In this document: piece after piece, positions 1 through 14,333 of the stretch
Numbering within the stretch: the stretch's first letter is position 1
How the letters are laid out: each line of letters opens with the position of its first letter
Assembly: GCF_009914755.1 (NCBI RefSeq)
Contig: NC_060943.1
Origin: the human T2T-CHM13v2.0 reference genome, Homo sapiens
DNA length: 64,000 bases
Reading direction: 5' to 3' (one strand)
Made by a program: the position numbers and the translations under genes
Notes under the pieces: model-generated
Seen by the model: the letters and a program-made list of their open reading frames with translations, nothing else
What the model was told of the DNA's origin: nothing
Databases searched by the model: none

Positions 1-922
1 CGGTCGCCTTCCTGGCCTCAGCTGAATCTGGCCCCCCAGGAGCCCCGTGTGAGGCACTTTCAGGGGCCGCCGGAGGCCTGGAAGACCCGAGTGTGGCAGT
101 AGGAATGTCCCGAGCAGCTTTCAGTGCCTCCTTTTCAACCCTCCCCGCCTGGAGCCCTCCTTCTGGATTTGCGTCTCGGCAGATTGTGGGATGTCACTTC
201 TGTCCTCTTCCGCCCTGCGGGATTTTCCCAGAGCCTTCGGGTTTGAGCCCAGCTGGAAGTGGCCCTCGTTCACGCTGCCTGTCAGCACCTGCCTGGGCTG
301 TGTCACCTAGAGTGTGGCTCCGTGTGTGCGGCGCAGACACCGTGGGGGTGTTTGGAGCTTCCTGCGTGGCTCCCAGATGTCTTTACTACACAGTGCCCGC
401 CGTGGAAGGGACAGATGAGCAATGTAGCCCGAGGCGTTCTTTCGAGAGCAGAGGAATCGGGAGCGAAGTGTTTTTGTTCATTTAGCAGACTAGGATCATG
501 GGCGAGTTTCCTCTAATAGCACTGAAGAGGCGAATTCACGGCTTCCCCTCGGCCAGCGGCTTTGGCGTGGATTTGGAGCCGGGCCAGGTTCATGGAACCC
601 TCCTGCAGAAGCAGACTGGGGCTTCCTGGAGAGGGGGGACAGTGTCTGTGTGATTCAGAGCAGTGCTGGCCTGTGGGTCTCTGACCATACCACTCAGTTC
701 TCTGTAGTAACGTCTCGTGTCTGGGACACAGGCCCTTTTGTTTCTGTTTCTCGCCTTTCCACTCCTCAATGTCTTCGTGTCTCACTGACTCTTCAGCTGC
801 TCCCCTGAAATCTAAGAGAACGGCAGCCCCGCAGCTGCCCCAGCACCCTGCCATCACACAGCCTGTGCCAGGGACAGGTGCCCCAGGCGCCTTTTGCACT
901 GTGGCCATAGTGGACATGGAGA

Positions 923-1002
923 GTCTCCAGAAAGAGCCGGCGCTAAGCTGGACTGTCCTTTCCTTGGGACCGGCCTCATCTCGGTTTAACTCTAAATTAG
1001 TG
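923..1002. repeat. 80-bp local duplication, copy 1 (copy 2 at 1798-1877)
   Basis: Direct comparison gives 76/80 identical. Confidence 0.92.
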
Positions 1003-1207
1003 TTTCTCTTCGCTTGGCACTGTGGACTTGGGGCCGCATCGTTCTCTGGGGTGGCGCCATCCTGGGCATTGCAGGGTGCTGAGCAGCTTCCCTGGCCTCC
1101 ATCTACCTCATGCCAGGAGCACCCCCAGTCGTGAAAGCCACAGACATCCCCAGACATGGCCAGGTGTCCCCTGGGGGACAAGACCCCCCCTCAGTTGAGA
1201 GCCACCT
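998..1207 (-). mobile_element. MER20 (hAT-Charlie) DNA transposon
   Basis: Resembles the reverse MER20 consensus (ggcactgtggac...ccctggcctccatctacctcatgccaggagcacc...gtcccctggggg...gttgagagccac). Confidence 0.75.
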
Positions 1208-1797
1208 GCTCGCTGCGGCTGCTGCTGCTGTTACTGCTTTTGCTAAAGAAACCTGTGCATGCCGGCCACGGAGGCAGCACCTTCCTGTCGTTAACAGGCA
1301 CCTGGAGGATAAGTGTTTTCATTGCCAAGCAAAACAGTTTCTTCACTGATGTGATCGCTGGGTCCTTGGGGACAGTAAATGGATTTTAGCCGTTCTGGAA
1401 GCTGCCAGCGATGCAGGCGTCAACACACAGCTCTTCCCTTGGTGGCCCGGGGCGCGGAGGGGCAGCTTGCCAGATTCCTGGCAGATGAGCCGAAGCGGGT
1501 GGGTTAGTTCCTTCTCCCTGTGCAGTGGGTGGCCCGGTCGACTCCTGGAAGGAGGCGTGGGGCCTGCAGTGCCCACCCCAGGACTGGGTGTGGCAGCCCC
1601 GGAGCGGCTGGGAGGGCCTGCACAGAAGGGTGCCTGGCACCCAGAAGGCCCGTGGTGCCCACCGGCAGTCTAGAATCTGGTCTTGTCGGCCCATAGGCTC
1701 ACCCCCACCAGAGGAGGGAACATGAGGCTGGGGACAAGGCCAGGAGCCCAGGGTGAGGCGTGTACTCCGGATAGCCCTGGTCCCTCAGCTCCTGGAT

Positions 1798-1877
1798 GTC
1801 TCCAGAAAGAGCCGGCGCTAACCTGGACTGTCCTTTCCTTGGGACCAGCCTTGTCTCGGTTTAACTCTAAATTAGTG
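1798..1877. repeat. 80-bp local duplication, copy 2
   Basis: Direct repeat of 923-1002. Confidence 0.92.
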
Positions 1878-2534
1878 AAGGCACCGGGTTCCGGCTGCAG
1901 TGCCGCCTCTGACAGGTGCTGGTCCTTGTCTTCCTCTGCTGTCTTCTCCGCGTGTTCCAGTGTCTGAGGTGGCCCAGGACCTCTCTGGGGTGGAAGTCCA
2001 CGTGGCCGCCAGGCTAGAGGTCCTGGGCCATAGTCTGTCTGCTCACCCCAGGGTGCCCCGGGCTGTGTTGTGGATCGCTGTGTGCCTCAGTTTCTTCAGC
2101 GGTCAGATGGGAGCTCTGCCATTCCTCCCACCCAGGAGATGGGTGTGCTGGGCCCCAGCACGCTCTGCACAGTGCCCAGCTCCGCACAGCTCCTGTCCTG
2201 CCTCACGGCCCCTGTCCCATGTGGTGCTGTCACCCTCCCTGCGCCTGCACTTCCTGTTGGCTCACTCCAGGCGGGGCGGAGGCCCATGGGGGCTGGATCT
2301 GTTTCCCAGTGTTTCCTAGCTCCTAGAACTTGGGTTGCCCCATAGTGGGTCTCAGCCAAGTGGAGCCACTGGGGATAGTGTCTGGGCTCCAACCCCTGTT
2401 CTCCAGGTGCATGTGGCCCCTGGTGGGCTCTTGGTAGCCAGTGGGTGCAGTTCTCACTTCCTGCTGCCAGAGGGCATTGTGAGCTGCAGCGCTTAGGACC
2501 AAGCATGAAGATTCCCGTTTTGAAAAATGCCTTA

Positions 2535-2842
<308 letters not shown>

Positions 2843-3015
2843 TGCCTCAAAATACGAGTCTCTGAGCCTCAAGATGCCAGAACACACACACGCCCAGTGC
2901 CACCTATGTTTGCTGAGTCTAATCCTGCACACACGTGTCAGGGTTGGCCCTGGTGCTGGGGGGGTGCTGTACCCAGCTTCCCAGGCCTGGAGGATGGCTC
3001 TGCCCTAGCAGGTGA

Positions 3016-3408
<393 letters not shown>

Positions 3409-4290
3409 TGACCCCCGCCCCCGGGGGCACACCTGCTCATGGGGGCCCTGGGGGCAGAGAAGGTGCGGTACACGCAGCCCCCACAGCATGGCCGGCCTGC
3501 TCTGTGTGCCCCGTGTGGGCTGTGGCGACCCCTGCTCCCAGGGTGGATCTGGACCCTCTCCCGGCCTGGGCTGACCCACACCGCCCTCATCTCAGTTTCC
3601 CAGGGCTTCCCAGTGCATGTCGGGCGGTGTCCTGGTCCCCGGCCTGGGAGCACGTCCTCCACACCCTCCTGTGACACCTGGGCTTGTGGCCCCTCCTCAG
3701 AGAGGGCTCCCTGGCTCCACACGGGTACATGCACAGGCACACAGGAGGGCACAGACACAGAACACACGAGGGCACATGTAACACACATGGGTACACAGGG
3801 CACACGCACGTCCATACACAGGCACACACGGGTACACATGGCACACGCACGTTTCTACACAGGGACACACAGGCTCATGCACAGGTACACAGGCACATCC
3901 ATGTGGGCACACCTATGGGCGCCTACCCAGGTACACATGGCACCTGCGTGTACCGGCAGTGTTCCGAGTACAGCTCCCTGGTTCAGCAGGCACAGCCACG
4001 TAGCCTCCGTGCTGCGCAGGCCTGTCCCGTCGCCGTGCCCTCCTCTCTGTCTGTGGCCTCCACCCTGTCTGTGGCCTCCACCCTGTTGCTCTCTGAGGTT
4101 CACGTGCCTTGTGGCTCTGGCACCAGAGCAGAGCCTGGTCTGTCCTGCTCACCCGGCCTTCCCAGCCCCCTAGTCTGTCGTCTGAGCTCAGTCTTTGCCA
4201 CACAGGGATGACAAGAGCCTCCCAGGGCCTCTGTCCCCTGCCCACTCCCCCTGGCGTGTGTTCTGATGTGGGTGCCCCGGGCCAGGATAA

Positions 4291-4734
<444 letters not shown>

Positions 4735-5274
4735 TAACCCCCTCGCCCAGGCTCTGGATGCGGGCCTCGCCCTGTGGTGACGAAAGAGGAAGCCAGGCTT
4801 TCTCTGATTTTTGCAGGGCCCCTCCTGCCTCACCCTGCAGCCCCCACCCTGAGCTCACCCTGGCCCCACCTCTGGCCTCAGCAGCCGGCCCACAGCGTGT
4901 TACAAACACGTGTACTTTCCCAGTCCCTGCCGCTCGTCTTCCTGGCACTGTGGAGCCTCGAGTCCTCAGCCCGCCAGGCCACCTGCTGGATTCGGCTCCA
5001 ACCCGGTCCTGACTTGGGCTCAGGGCCCGGAGACACTGGGGTGAGGGGATCTCCCATCCCGAGCCTGGTCTGCTGGAGCGTCCTCTTGTCCACACAGCCT
5101 GGGCTCTCCATGAGGGCAGCTGGCCGGCATCCCCAGAGTCCCAGCCTCAGGCATAAGGTCCCCCAGGCCCCGCTGGACGCCAGAAGTGGGCCTGCGTGGC
5201 GGGTGTGTGTGGAACAGCAGCAGGAAGCTGTGACTGCCCTGAGGCCACGGCCAGCCTTGGCTCTGCCCTGCTTA

Positions 5275-6230
<956 letters not shown>

Positions 6231-6459
6231 AGTCTAAACACAAAATTCATCTGTATTTCGCGTACACTTTACACACGTAGCTTGAAGATAACTTTACACA
6301 AAGTTTTTAATAATTTTGTGCACGAAGCGAAGTTTTGACTGTGTCTTAACTGTGACCGGTCACATGAGGTCAGCTGTGAAAGTTTTCACTTGTGGCGTTG
6401 TTATCGGTACTCAGAACATTTGGGACCTTGGAGCTTTTTGGGTTTTGGATTTTTGGAGC

Positions 6460-7835
6460 GGGGGTGTCCCCCTTATCCCGCACGGCGTTTATCGGAGTGG
6501 GGTGTCCACCTTGTCCCGAGTGGTGTTTATCGGAGTGGGGGTGTCCACCTTATCCCGCGTGGTGTTTATCGGAGTGGGGTGTCCACCTTATCCCACTCTG
6601 TGTTTATCGGAGTGGGGTGTCCACCTTATCCCGTGCTGTGTTTATCGGAGTGGGGGTGTCCACCTTATCCCGTGCTGTGTTTATCGGAGTGGGGTGTCCA
6701 CCTTATCCTGCGCAGCATTTATCGGAGTGGGGGTGTCCACCTTATCCCGCGTGGTGTTTATCGGAGTGGGGGGGTCCACCGTATCCTGCGTGGTGTTTAT
6801 CGGAGTGGGGTGTCAACCTTATCCCGCGCTGTGTTTATCGGAGTGGGGGTGTCCACCTTATCCCGTGCTGTGTTTATCGGAGTGGGGGTGTCCACCATAT
6901 CCTACGTGGTGTTTATCGGAGTGGGGTGTCCATTATATCTTGTGTGGTGTTTATCAGAGTGGGGGTGTCCACCATATCCTGCGTGGGGTTTATCAGAGTG
7001 GGGTGTCCACCATATCCTGCGTGGTGTTTATCGGAGTGGGGGTGTCCACCGTATCCTGCGTGGTGTTTATCGGAGTGCAGTGTCCGCCATATCCTGCGTG
7101 GTGTTTATCGGAGTGGGGGTGTCCACTGTATCCCGCGTGGTGGTTATCGGAGTGGGGGTGTCCACCTTATCCCGCGTGGTGTTTATCAGAGTGGGGTGTC
7201 CACCTTATCCCACTCTGTGTTTATCGGAGTGGGGTGTCCACCTTATCCCGTGCTGTGTTTATCGGAGTGGGGGTGTCCACCTTATCCCGCGTGGTGTTTA
7301 TCGGAGTGGGGTGTCCACCTTATCCCGCGTGGTGTTTATCGGAGTGGGGGTGTCCACTGTATCCCGCGTGGTGGTTATCGGAGTGGGGGTGTCCACCTTA
7401 TCCCGCGTGGTGTTTATCGGAGTGGGGGTGTCCACCTTATCCCGCGTGGTGTTTATCGGAGTGGGGGTGTCCACTGTATCCCGCGTGGTGGTTATCGGAG
7501 TGGGGGTGTCCACCTTATCCCGCGTGGTGTTTATCGGAGTGGGGTGTCCACCTTATCCCACGCGGTGTTTATCGGAGTGGGGGTGTCCACCTTATCCCGC
7601 GTGGTGTTTATCGGAGTGGGGTGTCCACCTTATCCCACGCGGTGTTTATCGGAGTGGGGTGTCCACCTTATCCCACGCGGTGTTTATCGGAGTGGGGGTG
7701 TCCACCTTATCCCGCGTGGTGTTTATCGGAGTGGGGTGTCCACCTTATCCCGCGTGGTGTTTATCGGAGTGGGGTGTCCACCTTATCCCACGCGGTGTTT
7801 ATCGGAGTGGGGGTGTCCACCTTATCCCGCGCAGT
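6460..7835. repeat. Minisatellite/VNTR, 38-39 bp unit (tttatcggagtgggg(g)tgtccaccttatcccgcgtggtg), about 35 copies
   Basis: Visible tandem array with 13-aa periodicity in the overlapping ORFs. Confidence 0.97.
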
Positions 7836-8752
7836 GTTGATCAGTTCATCCGCTGACGGACATTTGGGCTGTGTTCTCTTTTTGGCTATTTTGAATAATG
7901 GTGCTGTGAACGTTTCTTGTGTGTTTGTTTCTTTGTCTTTGAGACAGAGTCTTGCTCTGTCACCTAGGCTGCAGTGCAGTGGCGCAATCTCAGCTCTCTG
8001 CAACCTTGCCTCCTGGGTTCAAGCGATTCTCCTGCCTCAGCCTCCCGAGTAGCTGGGATTACAGTGTCACATGGAGTCATCCCACCACTCTAATGATCCC
8101 CTGAGCTCCCCCTCGTCATTCCTCCCTCTCCCCCATCCCTCTCCTGCGCCCCAGGCAACCACTGATGTCTCACTGTCTCCATAGCTCAGCCTTTTCCAGA
8201 ATGCCGTGAGCTGGAATCCTACAGTCGGTAGCCTTTTCCCATTGGCCTCTTTGACCAAGCAATAGGTGTTCAAGTTTGCTCCATTTTTCATGGCTTGAGA
8301 GCTCATTTCTTTTCAGCGCTGAATAATACTCCATTGTCCGGGTGCACCACAGTGTGCCTGCTCATTCACCTATTAAAGGACCCTTCCAAGTTTGGTCAAT
8401 GTGGGCAGAAGTTTTCATCTCCTTTGGGTAAATACCAAGGAGTACAGTTGCTGGACCACGTGGTGAGAGGACGTTTAGTTTTTTAAGATGCCACCAAACT
8501 GTCCTCCCGCCCACCTGTCCCACTGTGTGCTCCTAGCAGCAGCGAATGAACGTTCCCAGGGCCCCGCTTCCCCGCCCCCATCTGGAGTTGTCGGTGTTGT
8601 GCATCCTGGCCACCCTGGGAGGCGTGTTGCGCTGTCTCATTGCCATTTCAATCTGCATTCCCCCGATGGCTGCCTTCGCGGCGGGGCCCCTTTGCATGCC
8701 TGTTTGCCATCTGTGTGTTTCCTTGGTGAGCTCTCTTCATGTCTTTTGCCCA
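7836..8752 (-). mobile_element. Old L1M 3' fragments (antisense), interrupted by an Alu right-arm fragment at about 7938-8064
   Basis: ttcatccgctgacggacatttgggctg...; gctgaataatactccattgt...; ctttgggtaaataccaaggagtacagttgctgga are typical L1MB/MC 3' end segments. Confidence 0.75.
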
Positions 8753-8753
8753 G

Positions 8754-9300
<547 letters not shown>

Positions 9301-10385
9301 TAACCATGCTGTTTGTTTTCTTCTGGTTAAATTTGAGAGTTTGCTGTGTATTTTGGTTATCAGTTGTGACTTGCAAGTATTTTCTTTCTGACTGGGGCTT
9401 GTCTTTCTCTTACGGATCCTGCCTGATTGTTTTTAAGTGAAAGTTCAGCCTCAGACTCCAGTGCATGAGAGCCTCTGGGTTGGCTGGCCTGCACTGCCTG
9501 CACTTGGCCTGTAGTGATGACCCGGGAGGGACTCTGCAGCCGCACGCAGGCTGTGCCAGCCCAGGCCGACCTGCCACAGGTGCCAGGGGAAGCTTCAGGG
9601 CTTCCTTGCCATGTGTTTGCCATGCCTAGCCTATGCACTAGCCTACTTTTACAGCGGGGGAAACAGCCCACAGCAGAGAAGCGACTTGCTGTGGTCCCAG
9701 GATGAATTTGCGCCCAGCTCAGCCTGTGCCTGGGGCCTCCCTCTGCCCCATCTGGGTCTCATCACTGCCTCCCTCCTCACCTCTTCTGGGCTCCTGCCAG
9801 GGCTCACCTTGCAAAGGAACCGCTGGTCTTGCCAAGTCTGAGGGCCGGTCGTGCAGGTGCAGGAACAGCTGGTGGGGGGTGGATTCAGGCTGTGAGAGCA
9901 GCTCACGTTCATGTGTGTCTGGGCTCCTCTCGGCCTCTCAGCAGGCCATGAGCCTCTCCGGGGACTGCAGTGACTAATGTGTATTTTATGAGCTCTTGGG
10001 ACAGGACGGGGTTTGTTTGCTTGTGGCATTAAGAATAGATGTGCCTGGTGGGTGGGGATTCCATCCTTGTTTGCCTAGTTCTGAAAACTGTCTTCGTCTC
10101 CTCGGTCAGAAGCTGTGGAAGGGCTGTCACTGGGCCTTGGCTCCGGTACCATCGCTGGGTTAGCCCCAAGTGGTGACTGTTTTTCTCCTTCCGTGTCATT
10201 GACTTAGAGGCGTGTTAATTATGCACTCCCAAACTGCAGGCTTCACAACAAGGCCTCCACCCAGCAGGAAGCACGCAGCTCAGTGGAATCTGACAGGCCC
10301 TGCCTGCCTGGTGCACGCTGGCATGTGCGATGGGGCCCTTCCTGGAAGGGCCAAGCTGGCGGTGAGCCCTTCAGAAAAGGTGTCT

Positions 10386-11045
<660 letters not shown>

Positions 11046-13993
11046 TGAGTGTCTGCACTGGCCCTGCCGCCGGCCGGACCGAGAGCCCCTCGGGAGGGAG
11101 TCAATCCCGGGTACACGGCTGGGCGCCGTGGCAGGGGCCCCACCAGGTGAGGCCGCAAAGGTCGGCCTATGACGGCTGGAGATCTTCCGGACCGCCTGGG
11201 GTCACCCACCAGCTTTGGGGTGGGGGATGTGCACCCCCAGAGCCGAAGCTCCCAGGCCCCTAGAGCTTGCGCTTTGTACCCCGGAGTGCCCCCCATTGAG
11301 CTGTGAGCGGCCCCAGGTGTCCCCATGGCCAGGAGCGTGGTCTTGAGCCTCCTGAGCTGCCCAGGCTGTGCTGCCTCACAGCCAAGTGGAGACGTTCCTG
11401 GTGAAGGGACACTGTCCATGCTGCCCAGAGGGGCCTGGCCAGGATGACCCTGCAGCCGCTCCCTCGCAGTCTCCGCCCTGGCACGTCTGGGCCAGGCCCT
11501 ACAGTTAGGAGGGCAGGGCGTGGCGCTGCAGGCCTGTGTGCAGTGTGGTGGACCTGCCCCTGCCCGGGAGGTGCCGGGTGCAGCGTGGGCGCTGCTGTGG
11601 CGGGCTGAGTTCCAGGACCTTCTCCTGGCTCCCTGTGCACGTCGCAGCGAGGCCGTGTGGGGGTGTGTGTGAATGTGCACGTGTGCGCGCGCATGTGAGT
11701 GCGCACGTGAGTGAGTGTGAGTATGCATGCGTGTGTGCGCCCCTGTGTCACCGGGCTCTGCTTGTGACTGCGGAACCTGCTGGGTGCTCCGCGGGGCTGC
11801 CCTGCACTGTCCTCCAAGGGCCGCTAGGTGGCGCTCCCGCCCTTCCCGGGGCCGCGCTCATGCCTGGAATCTTCCCAGGCCGTCCTCGCGCTGGAGGAGG
11901 ACGGAGCCTTTGCCTGGAGGGCGTGGGAGCTCCGCCTTGCCTGGCCCTTCCCTGGGTTGGAGTTGTAAGCGGGGAGAGGGGGGGGCGGGGGAGAATGCTG
12001 TACCTCTTCGTTAAAAAAAAGCACAATGAGCAGGAAGGGGCGAGCTGTGCGCATCCTCACCTGCGTCCGAAGCGCAGATGGAGCCCAAGGGAAAGGCCCT
12101 GTAGAGGACCCCGTGTGACTTGGGGCAAAGCGTGGCCTCCCAGGGGTGCGTGGGCAGCGGGACGCCCATGGTGTGACCGGGTTTGTGCCTCCATAGGGAC
12201 CGTCTGCCCTGTGCAGAGAGCCCCTGTGGGGCGGGAAGTGGCGAGCAGCCGGCAAGGAGGCCCAGCCAGACAGAAGCAGGGGGGTCAGGGACATGGGAGG
12301 TGGGGGACCAGCCAGTGAGTCAGACGTGAGGACTTCAGTGCCAAGGACTGCAGTGCCAGCAGCTCGGTCTCCTGTGAGGGGCCCCGGGGGTTGCTGGCTG
12401 TCGTGGGAGCCTGGGCTGGGGGAGACCCTGGGGCTGGGGCTGCTATGGGTCAGATGCCAGGGCCGGGGGTGCCTGCTGCTAGGTCAGAGGGGCCTCTGCG
12501 GGAGGAGGCGACAGTGGCTCCCTGGAGGCGGCAGTGGGGCCCGGCCACAGGCCGTCGGAGGGACTGACAGGGATGCGCCAGGAGCCGAGGGCCTCTCCTG
12601 AGCTGGTTCATCCAGGACGCAGCCTCTGAGGGCATCCCGCACCTCTCCCCGAATGCCCCTCACTGCACCCCTCCTCCGCTTCGCCTGGTGCCGCAGGCGT
12701 CCAGCTGCCACTCCCATGTCTACCCTTCCCCATGACCCGTCGTGGGAGATGGCTCAGGGGAGACAGCTGGGGCGGGGCAGCGTTGAGTAGGCAACAGTTC
12801 TTTCGGGAAGGGAATTCCGGAAGCGCCCTGACCTTGGTCTTGGTTTCTGCCCAGGAAGGGGTGGGGATGGCAGGGGTGGGGCCTGGCATGAGGGGCCTGA
12901 GAGGAGCCACAGTGTAGGCTCTAGCTGCAGGGCATGCCCTCAACCCCCCAGAGCTCCCCACTCGCCCCCACAGTCAGCTCAGCCTGCTTAGCACGCAGGG
13001 CCCCTTCCCTGCTCTCTCACCAGGGCTGAGGCGGGGCCCCAGATGTTCCCACGACACCCCATGCCTGCGACAGGCATAGACCAGGTGACCCCAGCATTAG
13101 CCAACGTCTACTACGGGCTATCAGTCCTCCCCAGCAGATGGTAGGGGCCCTGGTCACCCCGTGTCCCAGCTCCCAGCAGGGGCCTGGCACAGAGAGGCTT
13201 GGTGACTTGCCGGAGCCTCTTGGATCCTCACTGTGTGCTGTGGGAGCTGACTACCCCTCCAGGCTGCCCTCCCAACTTGCAGGGGGGTGGGGACAAGGTA
13301 ACTGGAAAGAGTGTCTGGCCTCTGGTCCCTGGGCTGGGGTTCAGGAAGCTACTCAGGCCCCTGGGAGATGCTTCCCCCCTCTCCCTTCCTCGGGCCCTTG
13401 GGGTAGGTAGGGCTCCCAGCCAAGAGATCACCAAGGCTGCGCCCCGTCTGTCTCCCTCATTACACTGTTCCGCTTGCATCTGCAGCCGCTTAATTGCAAC
13501 CATTTCAGAGTATTCCAGTGGGATTTTAAAGAAAGTGTCAATGTACTCAGGTTTACAGCATTTTATTAAAGCTTTCTGGGTCTGTTGCTACTTTGGTAGC
13601 TTGATTTGTGTGTCAAAGTGACGTGAACAGCCTGGTGTCAATAACAGGCAGAAACATGCTTCAAAAGGCTGGCTTCTGTGGTGCTCTCAGGCAGCGGGGC
13701 TAAGAATATCTGAAGAGACTGAGCGCCTCAAAATCTCTTTGGCAATGCGGATTGAAACCAGAGCCAGCACCTGCAACTTCCCCCCACCAACTTCCCGCAG
13801 CCCCTTCTGTCACCCAGGCCGGGGGGGCCGGAGTGCAGGTGGGTGTGGGGAGGGTCCGAGCTTTCCACTTGACCCTGTATTCCAGGGTCTTCCTGGGTGG
13901 GGTGGTGGCCTGGGGTCGGTGTCCTGAAGGCTGTGCCCCATAGAAGCCACTGTCCCAGGCCACACTCCTTGCCATAGATCAAGACTCTCCTGG

Positions 13994-14333
<340 letters not shown>

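Noticed and set aside
3439-4211. His/Thr-rich ORFs in intron 4
   Set aside because: Derived from CA-rich low-complexity sequence (about 3720-3950).
6316-8052. Three long overlapping + strand ORFs (578, 488 and 482 aa)
   Set aside because: Artefacts of a stop-free 38/39-bp tandem unit, running into L1/Alu sequence. No coding signature.
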